Part shown: positions 62,813 to 64,000 of the stretch, in pieces
How the letters are laid out: each line of letters starts with the position of its first letter
How positions within the stretch are numbered: position 1 is the first letter of the stretch
Assembly (NCBI GenBank): GCA_965279375.1
Contig: OZ257156.1
Span: forward strand, 608,001-672,000
Length of the DNA stretch: 64,000 nucleotides
Source: Gemmatimonas sp.
GTDB lineage: Bacteria > Gemmatimonadota > Gemmatimonadetes > Gemmatimonadales > Gemmatimonadaceae
Direction: 5' to 3'
The notes under the pieces: generated by a model
Told to the model about the DNA's origin: nothing
The model's database searches: none
Seen by the model: the letters and a program-made list of their open reading frames with translations, nothing else
Position numbers and translations under genes: made by a program

Positions 62813-63841
62813 TCAGCCGTTCCGTCGCTCCGTGAGCGAATGTCGATGCCCGTCCCACCGCCAGTGATGCGCTGTCGTCAGATGCACACCACCAATCCAG
62901 CGATCGAGTCCGTTGAGCGCGATCGCATCGGCGCGAGCACGCACGACGTCGTGCCCGACCGCTGTCAGCACCACGCTGCGCTCCCAGAATCCCTTGCCGG
63001 ACTTTGACGGCGCGAGCACCTGGGTGCCGTTTGCATGCGTGATGAGAGGATGCGTGCACTCGCTCAGACGCTGCACGTACCAGGCAAAGCTGCTGTCGCC
63101 CAGCCATGCCCACGACTCGCTCGCCGCATGCGCCGCATGGAAGAGCTTCGACAGCACCATCTCGCCCGGCGCGAGCGCTTCGCACAGCTGCTGCTCGCTG
63201 CGGCTGAGTCCCTGCTCCACGCTCGGATACTCTTCGAGCTGGCGACGCAACGCCGCGGCCAGATACGGCAACCGCACCTGCGGGTCCGCATCGTACGTGC
63301 GCGCTGGCGCATGCCGATCGAGCGCGGTCGCCACATCCAGCAACCGCGCCGGCGATTCCGCGGTGAAGGCGCGCCACACATCGGCGGCCTGGGCAACATC
63401 CGATGCCTTGATGCCGCGCCGCGCTTCGAAGAGCGGCCGAAAATGCTCCGGCTTCATCGGGCCCAGGAAGCAGTCGGCCGGCACGATGGTGAGCGTCGGG
63501 CTGTGGTCGGCCGGCAGATCGGCGAAGCGTGCGAGGATCTGGCAGAGCTGGAGCTGATCGTAGAGGTCAGGCTCGAACCAGAGCACCACTTCGTCTCCGG
63601 CCGAGAGTCCAGCCAGACGCGCGTCGCGTGCCGCGAAGTCCTCGACGATCAGGGAGGCTTGCGGCGCACCGCGTGACTCGAGAAACGCCGCTCGCGTGGC
63701 ACGGAACGAGGACAGATCGCGATCGGAGGGGACCGGTCCGTCATGCAGCACGTCGCGCCATGAAAGGACATCGCCGCGCAACCCGGACCGGGCAAGGCCG
63801 GCGGCGGCCATATCGCCGTTCGTGACGTGGAGAAAGAGCAT
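62813..63841 (-). CDS. DUF1835-like protein
   Basis: LHVTNGD, WRDVLHDGPV, VVLWFEPDLYDQLQL, GLSRSE, RWIGGVHL. Confidence 0.78.
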   Translation of the reverse strand: MLFLHVTNGDMAAAGLARSGLRGDVLSWRDVLHDGPVPSDRDLSSFRATRAAFLESRGAPQASLIVEDFAARDARLAGLSAGDEVVLWFEPDLYDQLQLCQILARFADLPADHSPTLTIVPADCFLGPMKPEHFRPLFEARRGIKASDVAQAADVWRAFTAESPARLLDVATALDRHAPARTYDADPQVRLPYLAAALRRQLEEYPSVEQGLSRSEQQLCEALAPGEMVLSKLFHAAHAASESWAWLGDSSFAWYVQRLSECTHPLITHANGTQVLAPSKSGKGFWERSVVLTAVGHDVVRARADAIALNGLDRWIGGVHLTTAHHWRWDGHRHSLTERRNG

Positions 63842-64000
63842 TCGATGACGTCGGGAGGATAGTGGCGGGACCGTACCGGCTGACGCCTGCGCGCGGCGTG
63901 CGTATGTTGCGTAGTCGCTGGCGCGTTCGCCAGTCGTCCCGCGCTTCACTACTCCTCGTGCCAACACGAATGTCCCAGTCCAGCGCCAGTGGCCATCGCA

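Overview
High-GC bacterial window, most consistent with a Gemmatimonadota (Gemmatimonas-like) chromosome. This is an inference from gene repertoire: HEAT + HD-GYP pair, futalosine mqnB/mqnD, Gly-rich exported proteins, carboxypeptidase-regulatory/TonB receptors. Highlights: (1) a compact Calvin-cycle cassette (form II RuBisCO cbbM, FBPase, phosphoribulokinase, coupled to a spermidine-synthase-like gene) with tandem repeats in both spacers; (2) a stand-alone anaerobic bacteriochlorophyll cyclase bchE followed by a PhyH-like Fe/2OG oxygenase, suggesting a phototroph with CO2-fixation potential; (3) a dual caspase-like (CHAT) protease / ECF sigma / zinc anti-sigma / Ig-repeat lipoprotein locus; (4) a second ECF locus with four copies of a fixed-spacing motif CAAACGTT-N14-GGTAC, a candidate self-contained regulon; (5) a TIR-TM-FGE protein, an apparent degenerate sigma2-FecR fusion, and three copies of a REP-like hairpin with covarying stems. 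The rest is housekeeping or catabolic (prpE, GH32, ppk1, S9 peptidase, amidohydrolase, mmsA, ettA, CcdA/TlpA). No rRNA, tRNA, CRISPR array or transposase was recognised. Family calls come from motif recognition by eye, not database searches, and several start codons were re-picked.
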